From Candidatus Marinacidobacterium sp. (GTDB lineage: Bacteria > Acidobacteriota > Vicinamibacteria > Marinacidobacterales > Marinacidobacteraceae): a DNA stretch of 64,000 bases. The notes beneath the pieces were generated by a model. It saw only the letters and a list, made by a program, of their open reading frames with translations. It was not told where the DNA came from and searched no databases. The first letter of the stretch is position 1. Every line of letters begins with the position of its first letter. A program made the position numbers and the translations under genes. The stretch spans positions 1 through 64,000 of the forward strand of contig OZ244852.1 of assembly GCA_965220965.1 (NCBI GenBank), given 5' to 3'. Of this stretch, positions 19,103 to 28,424 are shown piece after piece.

Positions 19103-20299
19103 CTACCGGAGGAAGACGACGCTCTCGCGGACGAACAGGCGCGACGCGAAGACCAGCAGCGCAGCGGCCCCCAGGAACGAGAACAGCGCGCCCACGGCGA
19201 GCTGTCCGGCGGACACCGGGTCGCCTCCCAGCGTCCCGAGGATGGCGAGGTGGTGCCCGACGATCGGGATGTACGCCGCCCACGAGCCCTGCTCCACCCA
19301 GTTCAGCGTGACCGCGAGGAACGGGATCATCGGAAGGAACGCCAGGTAGCCGAAGTAGGTCTGCGCCTCCTTGAAGGACTTCGCGTAGGTCGCGACGACC
19401 ACCTGGAGCGCCGAGCAGAAGAGCGTCAGCGGCAGCGCCACCAGCGCCACCACCCCCCAGTCGGCGAGGCTCGGCTCGACCTGGATCGCCCCCGGCAGGA
19501 ACCGGAACAGCACGATGCAGGTGAGCAGGCCGATGCCGGTCAGGAAGAGCGCGAAGACGCTCGCCGCCGCCCACTTCCCGAGGACCAGCATCGACGCCGG
19601 AACCGCGTTGATGAGCAGCGCCTCGATGGAGCCCCGCTCCCGTTCCCCGGCGACCGAGTCGGAGGCGATCTGCATGCCGCCGAAGAACGCGTTCATCAGC
19701 AGGAACATCGGGATGATGCCGAGCGCCGAGAACGCGGTGCGCCGCCGCTCGCTGAACACCTCGGCGCGCTCCACCTGGACCGGCCGCAGGACGAGCGGAC
19801 TGACGCCCCGGGCGATCAGGCGCAGCGCCGCGACCTCCCGTCCGTAGGCCGCCACGAGTGCGCTGATGCGGCTCGCCTTCGCCCCCGCGGCGGTCCTCGA
19901 GCTGTCGGCGATGACCTCCACCTCGGCCGGCCGGCCCTCCTGGAACCGCTCGGCGTAGTCGTCGGGGATCCGGAGCACCAGATCGACGTCCCGGTTCCGC
20001 ACCGCCGCCTCCGGGTCCTCCGGGGCCGGCTCGAGGCCGATCCCCGGGGCGCGCTCCAGCCACTCGGCGAGCGCGGGGGCGTTCTCCGCCCCCGCCACCG
20101 GGACGGTCATGTTCGCCACTTCGCGCCGGACCTCGCGGCTGAAGCGCCCGATCAGCAGGAACATGACCGGGATGATCGAGATCGAGATCACGACCGCGAT
20201 CAGCGCGCGGCGGTCGCGGACGCCCTCGAGGAGCTCCTTGCCGAAGACGGTCCCCGCGGTCCGCATCCGGCCGGCGGGCCCGCCGCGCTCCGCCGTCAC
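19103..20299 (-). CDS. ABC-2 type permease (NatB-like)
   Basis: KELLEGVRDRR, AGERERGSIEALL, LGKW, AKSFKEAQTY, and multiple TM helices. Confidence 0.88.
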   Translation of the reverse strand: MTAERGGPAGRMRTAGTVFGKELLEGVRDRRALIAVVISISIIPVMFLLIGRFSREVRREVANMTVPVAGAENAPALAEWLERAPGIGLEPAPEDPEAAVRNRDVDLVLRIPDDYAERFQEGRPAEVEVIADSSRTAAGAKASRISALVAAYGREVAALRLIARGVSPLVLRPVQVERAEVFSERRRTAFSALGIIPMFLLMNAFFGGMQIASDSVAGERERGSIEALLINAVPASMLVLGKWAAASVFALFLTGIGLLTCIVLFRFLPGAIQVEPSLADWGVVALVALPLTLFCSALQVVVATYAKSFKEAQTYFGYLAFLPMIPFLAVTLNWVEQGSWAAYIPIVGHHLAILGTLGGDPVSAGQLAVGALFSFLGAAALLVFASRLFVRESVVFLR

Positions 20300-21030
20300 G
20301 CCCCGTCTCCGCCCGCCGGACCGGTGAGCCGGACGAAGGCCTCTTCGAGGTCCTCGCAGCCCGCCGCCGCCCGGATCGCGTCGAGCGGCCCGGAGGCGAC
20401 GACCCGGCCGGCGCTCACGATGACGATCCGGTCACACAGGAGCGACACCTCCTGCATGATGTGGCTCGAGAAGAGCACCGCCCGGCCCTGGCCGCGCAGC
20501 TCGCGGATCATGTCCCGCATCCGGCGCGTGCTCATCACATCGAGCCCGTTCGTGGGTTCGTCGAGGAGCACGTTCTGCGGCTCGTGGACCAGCGCGCGGG
20601 CGAGCAGCACTCGCGACCGCTCGCCGTGCGAGTAGCCCTTGGCGCGCCGGTCGAGGAAGCCGTCCATCTCGAGGAGATCGGCGAACGCCGCGGTCCGGCG
20701 TTCGGCGTCCTCCCGCCGCACCTGGCGCAGCCGGGCGAAGTAGCGGATGTTCTCCCGCCCGCTGAGCCTCGGGTAGAGCGCGTGCATGTCGGGGAGCGCG
20801 CCGAGCCGCTCCTGCGCCGCCATCGGGTCGGAGGCCACCGGGATCCCGTCGACCGCGACCGAGCCGGCGTCGGGCGCCATGAGCCCGTAGAGCATCCGCA
20901 TCGTGGTCGACTTCCCGGCCCCGTTCGGGCCGAGGAGCCCGGTCACCTCGCCGTCCGCCGCCCGGAAGCTGACCTCGTCCACCGCGACGACCTCGCCGAA
21001 GGTCTTGCGGAGGCCGGAGACCTCGATCAC
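20296..21030 (-). CDS. ABC transporter ATP-binding protein (NatA-like)
   Basis: GTG at 21030 overlaps the upstream stop. GPNGAGKST, YSHGE signature, LLDEPTNGLD, SSH. Confidence 0.92.
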   Translation of the reverse strand: MIEVSGLRKTFGEVVAVDEVSFRAADGEVTGLLGPNGAGKSTTMRMLYGLMAPDAGSVAVDGIPVASDPMAAQERLGALPDMHALYPRLSGRENIRYFARLRQVRREDAERRTAAFADLLEMDGFLDRRAKGYSHGERSRVLLARALVHEPQNVLLDEPTNGLDVMSTRRMRDMIRELRGQGRAVLFSSHIMQEVSLLCDRIVIVSAGRVVASGPLDAIRAAAGCEDLEEAFVRLTGPAGGDGA

Positions 21031-22544
21031 TCGTCGTCCTCTTCTTCGGGGACTGCGCCTCCGGGACCGGTCGCCGAGAACCAGAAGCGGGGGCGCGTCA
21101 TGTCGGCGAGGCAGGCGTCGTCGAGCGCCGCCGGGTCCGCGGTATCGAGGAACTGCCCGATGAGGTCGGGGACGCACCCGACCATCAGCGTCCCGTGCGC
21201 GGCGCCGGGAACGACCAGGTGGCGCGCGTTCTCGAGCGTCGCCGCCGCGTGGTCTCCCCAGCGGGGCGGGGTCACCGGGTCGAGCTCGCCCGAAAGGAGC
21301 AGGACGGGCGCCCCGGATCGCACCGGCTCGCGGTAGTCCGGGGGCAGCTCCCCCCGGGGCCAGACGGAGCACGCCTCCATCAACTCCTCGGCCGCCTCGG
21401 TGTCGAAAACCGTGTCCCCGGCGGCTTCCCACGCCGACTCCGCATCCACGAAGGGGATGTCTTCGGCGCACAGCACCGACAGGAACATCCCGAGCGAGAG
21501 GTCGGGCCCGACCGCCGGGTCGGCGAGGCTGATCAGCGGCCCGATGTCGCCGTTCAGCGCGCTCTCCACGATGAGCGGAGCGAGCGAGGAGAACGCCGGG
21601 CTGTAGAGGATCGCGCGCAGGACCGCGGCGGCGGCCGCCCGCGGCAGCGGCGTCTCCTCCCACTCGCCGGTTCGCGGATGCCGCACCCGGAAGCGGCGCG
21701 GCGGGTCGTGGTCGAGGCTGTCGAGCAGCTCGCCGATCCGCTCCCCGAGCTCCGGGAAGCGGGCCGAACAGCCCGGGTCCTCGCGGCAGGATGCGAGCAG
21801 CAGGTCGAGCGCGCGCTGGGCGTCGGCGGCGAAGTGGAGCGGGATCCGCATGTCCACCGGGGCCATCCCGTCGAGGATCGCCGCCCGGACGCTCTCCGGA
21901 TGGCGCCGCAGGTAGACCGAGGCCGCCCGGGTGCCGTAGGAGCCGCCCCACAGGTTGATGCGCTCGTACCCCAGCGCCCGCCGCACCTCGTCGAGGTCGT
22001 CCATCGCGACCGGGGTCGTGTAGTGGCCGGGCGAAGCGTCCATCGCTGCCAGACAGGCGCGCCAGTCGTCCTCGGTCACCTCGATGGGCACCGAGTCCGA
22101 GAAGGCGAGCTGCTCCTCGAGCAGGTCGCAGGTCAGGGGGTTCGAGTCTCCGGTCCCGCGCTGATCCACGAAGACGAAGTCCCGCTGCGAGCGGACCCCG
22201 TCGAGCGCCTGCGCCAGCATCGGCGCCAGCTCGGTGGCGGCCTGTCCGGGTCCGCCGGCGAGGAAGAAGACCGGGTCGGGGGGGCCGCCCGGCTCGGTCG
22301 CCGGGAGGACGACGACCTTGAGCGGGATGACGCGCCCTTCCGGGTTCGCCCGGTCTTCGGGAACCTCGACGACGCCGCACATCCCGCCCGAGACCCGCTC
22401 GGACGCCGGACAGGGGGAGAGGATCTCGACCGGCGCCTCGGGGGCCTCCGGGTCCGCCGCCGGGCCCCCGCAGCCGGCGAGCGCCGGACCGGCGAGCGCG
22501 AGACCAGCGACGAGGGTCCACTGCGCCCGGGAGCGGTCGAACAT
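21027..22544 (-). CDS. alpha/beta hydrolase lipoprotein (TAP-like tripeptidyl/prolyl aminopeptidase family)
   Basis: ATG at 22544. Lipobox LAGC, AGGPG, DQRGTG, nucleophile GGSYG, DPVTP, AHG. Confidence 0.85.
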   Translation of the reverse strand: MFDRSRAQWTLVAGLALAGPALAGCGGPAADPEAPEAPVEILSPCPASERVSGGMCGVVEVPEDRANPEGRVIPLKVVVLPATEPGGPPDPVFFLAGGPGQAATELAPMLAQALDGVRSQRDFVFVDQRGTGDSNPLTCDLLEEQLAFSDSVPIEVTEDDWRACLAAMDASPGHYTTPVAMDDLDEVRRALGYERINLWGGSYGTRAASVYLRRHPESVRAAILDGMAPVDMRIPLHFAADAQRALDLLLASCREDPGCSARFPELGERIGELLDSLDHDPPRRFRVRHPRTGEWEETPLPRAAAAAVLRAILYSPAFSSLAPLIVESALNGDIGPLISLADPAVGPDLSLGMFLSVLCAEDIPFVDAESAWEAAGDTVFDTEAAEELMEACSVWPRGELPPDYREPVRSGAPVLLLSGELDPVTPPRWGDHAAATLENARHLVVPGAAHGTLMVGCVPDLIGQFLDTADPAALDDACLADMTRPRFWFSATGPGGAVPEEEDDE

Positions 22545-22597
22545 GCCCAGGAATCTACGCCGGGTCGGCGTCCGGGGTTCCTTCGGGGCCCGCGCCG

Positions 22598-25069
22598 TCA
22601 GCCGCCGGCGGGCGCCTCGGCGCGAAGCGCGGCCGCCACGTCGAGCCGCGCGGCGCGCGCCGCCGGACCGAGCGCCGCCGCGACCGCGGCCCCGGCGAGG
22701 CCGAGCGTCGCGATCGCCAGGACCGCCGGGTCCAGCGGCGCAACCTCGAACAGGAACGGGCTCAGCTCGCTCCCGAGGAGGCGGGTGAGGACCCAGGCGA
22801 GCAGGAGGCCCGGCGCCAGCCCGATGGCGGCGATCCGGAACGCGTTCGTCAGGACGAGTCGCCGGATGCGTCGCGGCGTCGCCCCGAACGCCATCCGCAC
22901 GCCGTGCGCCGGGAGGCGGACCCGCGTCTCGAAGCCGACGACGCCGAACACGCCCCACAGCGCCAGCAGCGCCGCCGCCGCCGCGAACCCGCCGAGCAGC
23001 AGCGCGTAGAGGCGCGGCCGGGCCACCGACTCGCGGATCCGGTCCTCGAGGGTCGAGACCCCGAGCGCGCGCAGCTCGGGATCCGCCTCCTGGACGCGGG
23101 CGGCGGCCGCCGCCGCGATCTCCGCGCCGGGTGCGTGGCGGAGGACGAAGTTCACCGACGGGAACCCGACCTCCGGGGTCTGACCCCCGCCGTGGAGGAG
23201 ATAGAGGATGGGCTCGACCGGCGTGTCCACGCCCTCTTCGTGCGTGCTCCCGGCGACCCCGATGATCTGGCCCAGCCCGGCGAGCTCCAGCCCGACCGGC
23301 GGATCTTCCAGGTAGCGGTCGACGAGCGCCTCGTTCACCACCACGACCGGCGGCCCGGTGCGGTCGGTCTCCTCGAAGGCGCGCCCTTCGAGCATCGGGA
23401 CGCCCATGGCGCGGAAGAGGCCGGGCGAGACCTGCCGCAGGAGCGCCCGGGGAACCTGGTTCGGGTCGGTCACCGCCGTGTCCCCGATCCGCCGGAACCC
23501 GATGACCGCGCGCTCTCCCGAGAGCGGCAGCGTGTCCACGTGTCCGACCGCCTCGACGCCCGGAACCGCGGCGAGCGATGCGCGGATGCGGTCGAGCGCC
23601 CCGGTCTGCGCCTCGAGGCCGGGGTAGCGGCCTTCGGGGAACGGGACGGAGAAGGTCACGGTGTTCGCCGGCTGGTAGCCGGGGTCCGCCGAGGCCATCT
23701 CGAGGAAGCTCCGGGTGAACAGCCCCGCCCCGACGAGGAGCGGCAGCGAGAGCGCGAGCTGGGCGGAGGCGAACAGGCCCCGGCGGGCGAAACCGCGGTT
23801 CGCCGCGCCGAGCGGCGCGGCGTCGGCGCGGCCGGAGGCGTCGAGCGCCGCCGCCGGATCCCGTCCCGAAGCCTTCAGGGCAGGGACCGCCCCCGAGAGG
23901 AGCGCGGCGAGGCCCGCCGCCAGGAACGTGAAGGCGACCACGCTCCAGTCCACCCGGGCGTTTTCGAGCTGTGGCAGGCCGAGCACCGTGAGCGACCGCA
24001 AGAGACCCGCGCCCTGGAGCGAGAGCGCCACCGCGATCACCCCGGCTGCGCCGGCGAGCGCCAGGCTCTCGGCCAGCACGCCGCGGGCGATCTGCCCCCG
24101 GCCGGCGCCCAGCGCGCTGCGGACCGCGAGCTCGCGTTCCCGCCAGGCGGCGCGGGTGAGGAGCAGGTTCGCCACGTTGCCGCAGGCGATGAGGAGGACG
24201 AAGAGGGTCACGCCGAAGAGCGCGATCAGCGGCCCGCGGACCCGCCGGGTGGCGCGCTCGGCGAACGAGTCGAGGTGGACCGAGACGCCCTGGTTCAGCA
24301 TCGCCTGGACTTCGCTCTCCTCGCTCAGCCGGGCGATGAGCGCCGCCGCTTCGGCCTCCGCCTGCTCGCGGGTGACGCCCTCCTTCAGCCGCCCGACGAC
24401 CTGGACGAGTTCGAGCCGCACCTGACCCGGCTCCAGGTCGGCCGGCGGCTCCTCGGCGTAGGGGACGTAGACCTCGGTCGCCGGCGTCGGGAACCCGAAG
24501 CCCGGCGGCGTGACCCCGACCACCTCGAAGGCGCGGTCGTCGAAGCGGAGCGCGCGCCCGAGGATCTCCGGATCGCCTCCGAACTCGCGGGTCCAGAACG
24601 CGTGGCTCAGGATGGCGACCGCGTCCAGCCCGGGCGTTCCCTCCTCGGGGCGGAAGGCGCGGCCCAGCGCCGGCTCGACGCCGAGGATGGCGAAGATGTC
24701 CGCCGAGACCCGCTCCACCGGGAGCGGACGCGGCTCTCCCGGCGCCTCGGCGAGACCGCGGTAGGCGACGGGGAAGTCGCCGTACATCGCCATCCCGTCG
24801 AACACCGTGTTCGCGTCCCGCCAGGCGCGGAAGTGGTCGGTCGAGAACGCCGCGATCTCGTCCGGCGTCGGGAGGCGGGGCCTCCGCTCCCAGACCTGCA
24901 TGAGCCGCTCCGGCTCGGCGTAGGGAGGCGGCTGGAGCAGTACGCCGTAGACCGCCGAGAACACGGTGGACACCGCGCCGATGCCGAGCGCCAGCGGCAG
25001 GATCACGAGCGCGGCGAAGCCGGGGCGGCGGGCGAGTGCGCGGGCCGCGCGGATGAGATCCTGGATCAT
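22598..25069 (-). CDS. duplicated MacB/FtsX-type permease (ADOP-like)
   Basis: ATG at 25069. QDL..A.R.L.RRPGF, ALGIGA, LLIACGNVANLLL, RERELAVRSALGAGR, and a second MacB-PCD/FtsX repeat. Confidence 0.9.
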   Translation of the reverse strand: MIQDLIRAARALARRPGFAALVILPLALGIGAVSTVFSAVYGVLLQPPPYAEPERLMQVWERRPRLPTPDEIAAFSTDHFRAWRDANTVFDGMAMYGDFPVAYRGLAEAPGEPRPLPVERVSADIFAILGVEPALGRAFRPEEGTPGLDAVAILSHAFWTREFGGDPEILGRALRFDDRAFEVVGVTPPGFGFPTPATEVYVPYAEEPPADLEPGQVRLELVQVVGRLKEGVTREQAEAEAAALIARLSEESEVQAMLNQGVSVHLDSFAERATRRVRGPLIALFGVTLFVLLIACGNVANLLLTRAAWRERELAVRSALGAGRGQIARGVLAESLALAGAAGVIAVALSLQGAGLLRSLTVLGLPQLENARVDWSVVAFTFLAAGLAALLSGAVPALKASGRDPAAALDASGRADAAPLGAANRGFARRGLFASAQLALSLPLLVGAGLFTRSFLEMASADPGYQPANTVTFSVPFPEGRYPGLEAQTGALDRIRASLAAVPGVEAVGHVDTLPLSGERAVIGFRRIGDTAVTDPNQVPRALLRQVSPGLFRAMGVPMLEGRAFEETDRTGPPVVVVNEALVDRYLEDPPVGLELAGLGQIIGVAGSTHEEGVDTPVEPILYLLHGGGQTPEVGFPSVNFVLRHAPGAEIAAAAAARVQEADPELRALGVSTLEDRIRESVARPRLYALLLGGFAAAAALLALWGVFGVVGFETRVRLPAHGVRMAFGATPRRIRRLVLTNAFRIAAIGLAPGLLLAWVLTRLLGSELSPFLFEVAPLDPAVLAIATLGLAGAAVAAALGPAARAARLDVAAALRAEAPAGG

Positions 25070-25211
25070 CGCCGGAGGCGCTCCACGGAGGGGGGAACCC
25101 GGGGGAAGCCGAACCGTTCCCGAGAGGGCCGGGGGGCGCTGGACCGGCTGCGGACTATAGGCGGTTCCGGCGGGCCGGCCCCCCCGCCGGTCGCGGTACT
25201 CTCCCCGCCGC

Positions 25212-26126
25212 ATGTCGAGCGCCGCGGCCGCCGGACCCCAGCCGGGGATCCTGGAAGAGGTCCCGTCGCTCGCCCGCTACCTGACCCTCCAGCGCGGCCC
25301 CGCCGCCGGGGGGCTCCGCGAGGCGCTCGCCGGACTCTTCGAGCCGCCGCCGGAGGGCTCGGGGGTCTCCCGGGTCGTGGGGCTCGGGCCCACCCTGGCG
25401 GCGGAGCTCGGGCTGAGTGTTCCCGGGCTTCGCGAGCTCCGCGCGGTGTCCGGGCCGGGGTTCGCGGTTCCTTCGACGCCAGCGGCGCTGTGGGTATGGC
25501 TGCGCGGAACCGACCGCGGCGACCTCGTCCACGAGACTCGCCGGGTGGAGGCGCTGCTCGCTCCCGCGTTCCGGTTGGAGAGCGTCGTCGACGCCTTCCG
25601 CTACCGCGAAGGGCTCGACCTGACCGGCTACGAGGACGGGACCGAGAACCCGACCGGCGACGCCGCCCGCGAGGCGGCGGTCGTCTCCGGCGCCGGGCCG
25701 GGTCTCGATGGCGGGTCGTTCGCGGCGGTCCAGCAGTGGGTCCACGACCTCGACCGGTTCGAGCGGTTCACCGGGGAGGTCCAGGACCACATCATCGGCC
25801 GGCGCCGCAGCGACAACGAGGAGCTGCGGGACGGGCCGGACGCGGCGCACGTGAAGCGCACGGAACAGGAGGCCTTCGATCCGCCGATCTTCCTGCTCCG
25901 CCGCTCGATGCCGTGGGCCGACGAGCGGCGCGCCGGGCTGGTGTTCGTGGCGTTCGCGAGCCGGCTCGGGGCGTTCGAGCGCCATCTGGACCGGATGACC
26001 GGGAAGGACGACCGGGTGGTGGACCACCTGTTCCGCTTCACCCGGCCGGTGACCGGGGCCGCCTTCTGGTGTCCGCCGGTCCGGGACGGCCGGATCGATC
26101 CCGGCCTGCTCGACGGGGCGTCCTGA
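25212..26126 (+). CDS. Dyp-type peroxidase
   Basis: DLTGYEDGTENP (GxxDG), GGSF..VQQWVHDL, AHVKR, LLRRSMPW. Confidence 0.92.
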   Translation: MSSAAAAGPQPGILEEVPSLARYLTLQRGPAAGGLREALAGLFEPPPEGSGVSRVVGLGPTLAAELGLSVPGLRELRAVSGPGFAVPSTPAALWVWLRGTDRGDLVHETRRVEALLAPAFRLESVVDAFRYREGLDLTGYEDGTENPTGDAAREAAVVSGAGPGLDGGSFAAVQQWVHDLDRFERFTGEVQDHIIGRRRSDNEELRDGPDAAHVKRTEQEAFDPPIFLLRRSMPWADERRAGLVFVAFASRLGAFERHLDRMTGKDDRVVDHLFRFTRPVTGAAFWCPPVRDGRIDPGLLDGAS

Positions 26127-26152
26127 GGGACGGAGCGGGAGCGGAGGACATC

Positions 26153-26821
26153 GTGACCGGTTCCCGGCTTCGCCAGCTCACCGCCGAATTCCTCGGCACG
26201 GCCGGCCTGCTCGCCGTGATCATCGGGTCCGGCATCATGGCGGACACCCTCTCCGGGGGGAACGACGGCGTCGCGCTGATCGGCTGCGTGGCGGCGATCG
26301 CCGCCGGGCTCATCGTCCTGATCTGGATCTTCGGCCCGGTCTCGGGCTGCCACATCAACCCGGCGGTGACGCTCGCGTTCCGGCTTCGCGGCGAGATCTC
26401 GACGGCGGACGCCGGGCTCTACTGGCTGGCGCAGGTCCTCGGCGGCGTCTCGGGGACGGTGGCGGCGCACGCCATGTTCGACCAGCCGCTGCTCCAGGTG
26501 GCGACGACGGTGCGCACCGGCCCCGGTCAGTGGCTCTCCGAGTTCGTGGCGACGTTCGGGCTGCTGCTCGTCATCCTCGCCTGCATCCGGGTGCGGAAGG
26601 AGGCGGTCGCGGTCGCCGTGGGCCTCTACATCTTCGCGGCCTGCTGGTTCACCGCCTCCACCTCGTTCGCGAACCCGGCGGTCACGCTCGCCCGCTCGCT
26701 CTCGGACACCTTCTGCGGCATCCGCCCGGTGGACGCCCCGGCGTTCATCGCGGCCGAGTTCCTCGCCGCGGCGGCGACGACGCCGTTCGCCGCCTGGCTC
26801 TATCGGGACGCGTCGGGGTAG
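26153..26821 (+). CDS. MIP/aquaporin family channel (resembles ars-associated AqpS type)
   Basis: GTG at 26153 after a GGAGG RBS. AEFLGT, HINPAVT, WFTASTSFANPAVT. Confidence 0.88.
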   Translation: MTGSRLRQLTAEFLGTAGLLAVIIGSGIMADTLSGGNDGVALIGCVAAIAAGLIVLIWIFGPVSGCHINPAVTLAFRLRGEISTADAGLYWLAQVLGGVSGTVAAHAMFDQPLLQVATTVRTGPGQWLSEFVATFGLLLVILACIRVRKEAVAVAVGLYIFAACWFTASTSFANPAVTLARSLSDTFCGIRPVDAPAFIAAEFLAAAATTPFAAWLYRDASG

Positions 26822-26953
26822 GGCGGCCGTCGGCCGGGTGTCGGGCGCCTCTCGGATGGGTTCCCGGCGGCGCCGAACCCGCCACCTGCTACGCTGGCGA
26901 TCCGGCGTCACTGGCATCGCCCGATGGGGTCAGCGGCGCGGGAAGGGGCCTCA

Positions 26954-27571
26954 GTGAACGGACCGTCGTGGTGGTGGGTGGTGGCCATTGCGGCGCCGCT
27001 GGTGATCCTCGATGTCGTGGTGATCTGGGCTATCGCGAAGTTCGACGGGTGGCGGGGACCCGTCAACGCGCAACTTGGGTCGGTCGAGGGGAGCCTTGGG
27101 TCGGTCCAGGGGAGCCTTGGATCGGTGGAGAGGAGACTCGGGTCGGTCGAGGGGAGACTTGGGTCGGTCGACGGGAGGCTCGGGTCGCTCGAAACCCTCA
27201 TGGAGGAGATCCGGGCTGACATCAGAAAGATCCTTGAGCGGCTCGGGCCTTCCAGTCTCGTCGCGGGGGGGCCGCGAGCGCTCAGCGACTTCGGGCGGAA
27301 AGTCGCCGAGAAGGTCCGGGCTGAGGACTGGGCGGCGTCCATTGCTCCGTCCTTCTTGTCGGCGGTCCGCGGGAAGCAGCCATATCAGGTCGATCGGTTC
27401 AGCTACGAGTACGCGCACTCGAAAGCGTTCGAAGAGATGGATGCTGATGGGCAGTCGCGCATCGACTCCTGCGCCTACGAGTTGGGCATCGAGCGGGACG
27501 GCGTTCTGGATGTGCTCTACATCGCCCTGCGCGACGCACTCCTGAGGGATGCCGGCGCGGGCGCGGACTGA
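26954..27571 (+). CDS. hypothetical membrane-anchored heptad-repeat protein
   Basis: GTG at 26954 after GGAAGGGG. N-terminal TM helix, LGSV(E/Q/D)G(S/R)-type heptads, globular C-terminal domain. More A/T-ending codons than its neighbours. Confidence 0.75.
   Translation: MNGPSWWWVVAIAAPLVILDVVVIWAIAKFDGWRGPVNAQLGSVEGSLGSVQGSLGSVERRLGSVEGRLGSVDGRLGSLETLMEEIRADIRKILERLGPSSLVAGGPRALSDFGRKVAEKVRAEDWAASIAPSFLSAVRGKQPYQVDRFSYEYAHSKAFEEMDADGQSRIDSCAYELGIERDGVLDVLYIALRDALLRDAGAGAD
27074..27195 (+). repeat. 21-bp in-frame tandem repeat (5 full units plus 1 partial)
   Basis: cttgggtcggtcgaggggagc / cttgggtcggtccaggggagc / cttggatcggtggagaggaga / ctcgggtcggtcgaggggaga / cttgggtcggtcgacgggagg / ctcgggtcgctcgaa. 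Confidence 0.9.
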
Positions 27572-27664
27572 CCGGACCGGATTCCTCTCCGTAGTGTGCG
27601 GGCTGGAGCCGGGTGGCGCGTCGATTGCTTAGTCGGCGGCGATCCCCACCGGAGGCGGACGCCC

Positions 27665-28405
27665 ATGCCCAGTGAGAACGAGAGCCTGCTGACCCGGCGC
27701 CGCGCAATTGCCCTCCTCGGCGGGGCCGGAGCGGGCCTGACCGCCGGCTGCGGAGACAGCTCTCCCGCGACCGCTCCGACCGACCCGCCCGAGCCCCCGA
27801 CCGGCGGCGCGCCGACCGGCGGAACCACCCCCCTGCCGACGGACGATCCGGCGGCCTGCCGGACCGCGCCCGACGAGACGATCGGTCCTTTCCCGTCCCT
27901 GTCGGACTTCGTGCGCCGGGACATCCGCGAGGGACGCCAGGGCGCGTCGCTGGAGCTCACGATCCGCGTCGTGGACACCGGCGACGAGTGCGCCCCGCTT
28001 GAGGGGGCGGCGGTCTCGATCTGGCAGACCGACGCCGCCGGGGACTACTCCCAGTACGGAGCCCAACAAGGCCAGACGTTCCTGCGCGGCGTCCAGTTGA
28101 CCGACGCTGACGGCAACGCCCGGTTCACCACGATCTATCCCGGCTGGTATCAGGGGCGAGCGACCCACATCCACGTCGAGGTCTCCGTCAACGGCCAGTC
28201 CGTCAAGGTGAGCCAGATCGCCTTCCCCGATGACGTGAGCGACCAGGTTCACACCTCCGGGGTCTACGCCTCGCGCGGAACGAACCCGACGAGCAACGAC
28301 AGCGACGGCATCTTCCGCGACGGCTACGACGCCCAGCTCGCGACGGTGACGGGAACCCCCGCGAACGGCTACGAAGGGACGGTGGAGCTGGGCGTCCGCC
28401 TCTGA
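27665..28405 (+). CDS. intradiol ring-cleavage dioxygenase-like protein, Tat-exported lipoprotein
   Basis: ATG at 27665. Tat motif TRRRAI plus lipobox LTAGC. ETIGPF, IWQTDAAGDY, FLRGVQ, YPGWYQGRATHIH. Confidence 0.85.
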   Translation: MPSENESLLTRRRAIALLGGAGAGLTAGCGDSSPATAPTDPPEPPTGGAPTGGTTPLPTDDPAACRTAPDETIGPFPSLSDFVRRDIREGRQGASLELTIRVVDTGDECAPLEGAAVSIWQTDAAGDYSQYGAQQGQTFLRGVQLTDADGNARFTTIYPGWYQGRATHIHVEVSVNGQSVKVSQIAFPDDVSDQVHTSGVYASRGTNPTSNDSDGIFRDGYDAQLATVTGTPANGYEGTVELGVRL

Positions 28406-28424
28406 GGCCGGGGCCGCCCGCCCC

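Noticed and set aside
25212-26126. Dyp as encapsulin cargo
   Set aside because: No encapsulin gene is adjacent and there is no GSLxIGSL-type C-terminal targeting peptide
22904-26152. Long N-terminal extension making the aquaporin a 1305-aa ORF
   Set aside because: It overlaps the ADOP permease antisense and Dyp out of frame. The real start is the GTG at 26153 with an RBS.
27074-27195. 21-bp repeats as a possible CRISPR array
   Set aside because: The units are contiguous with no spacers, in frame within a CDS, and there are no cas genes
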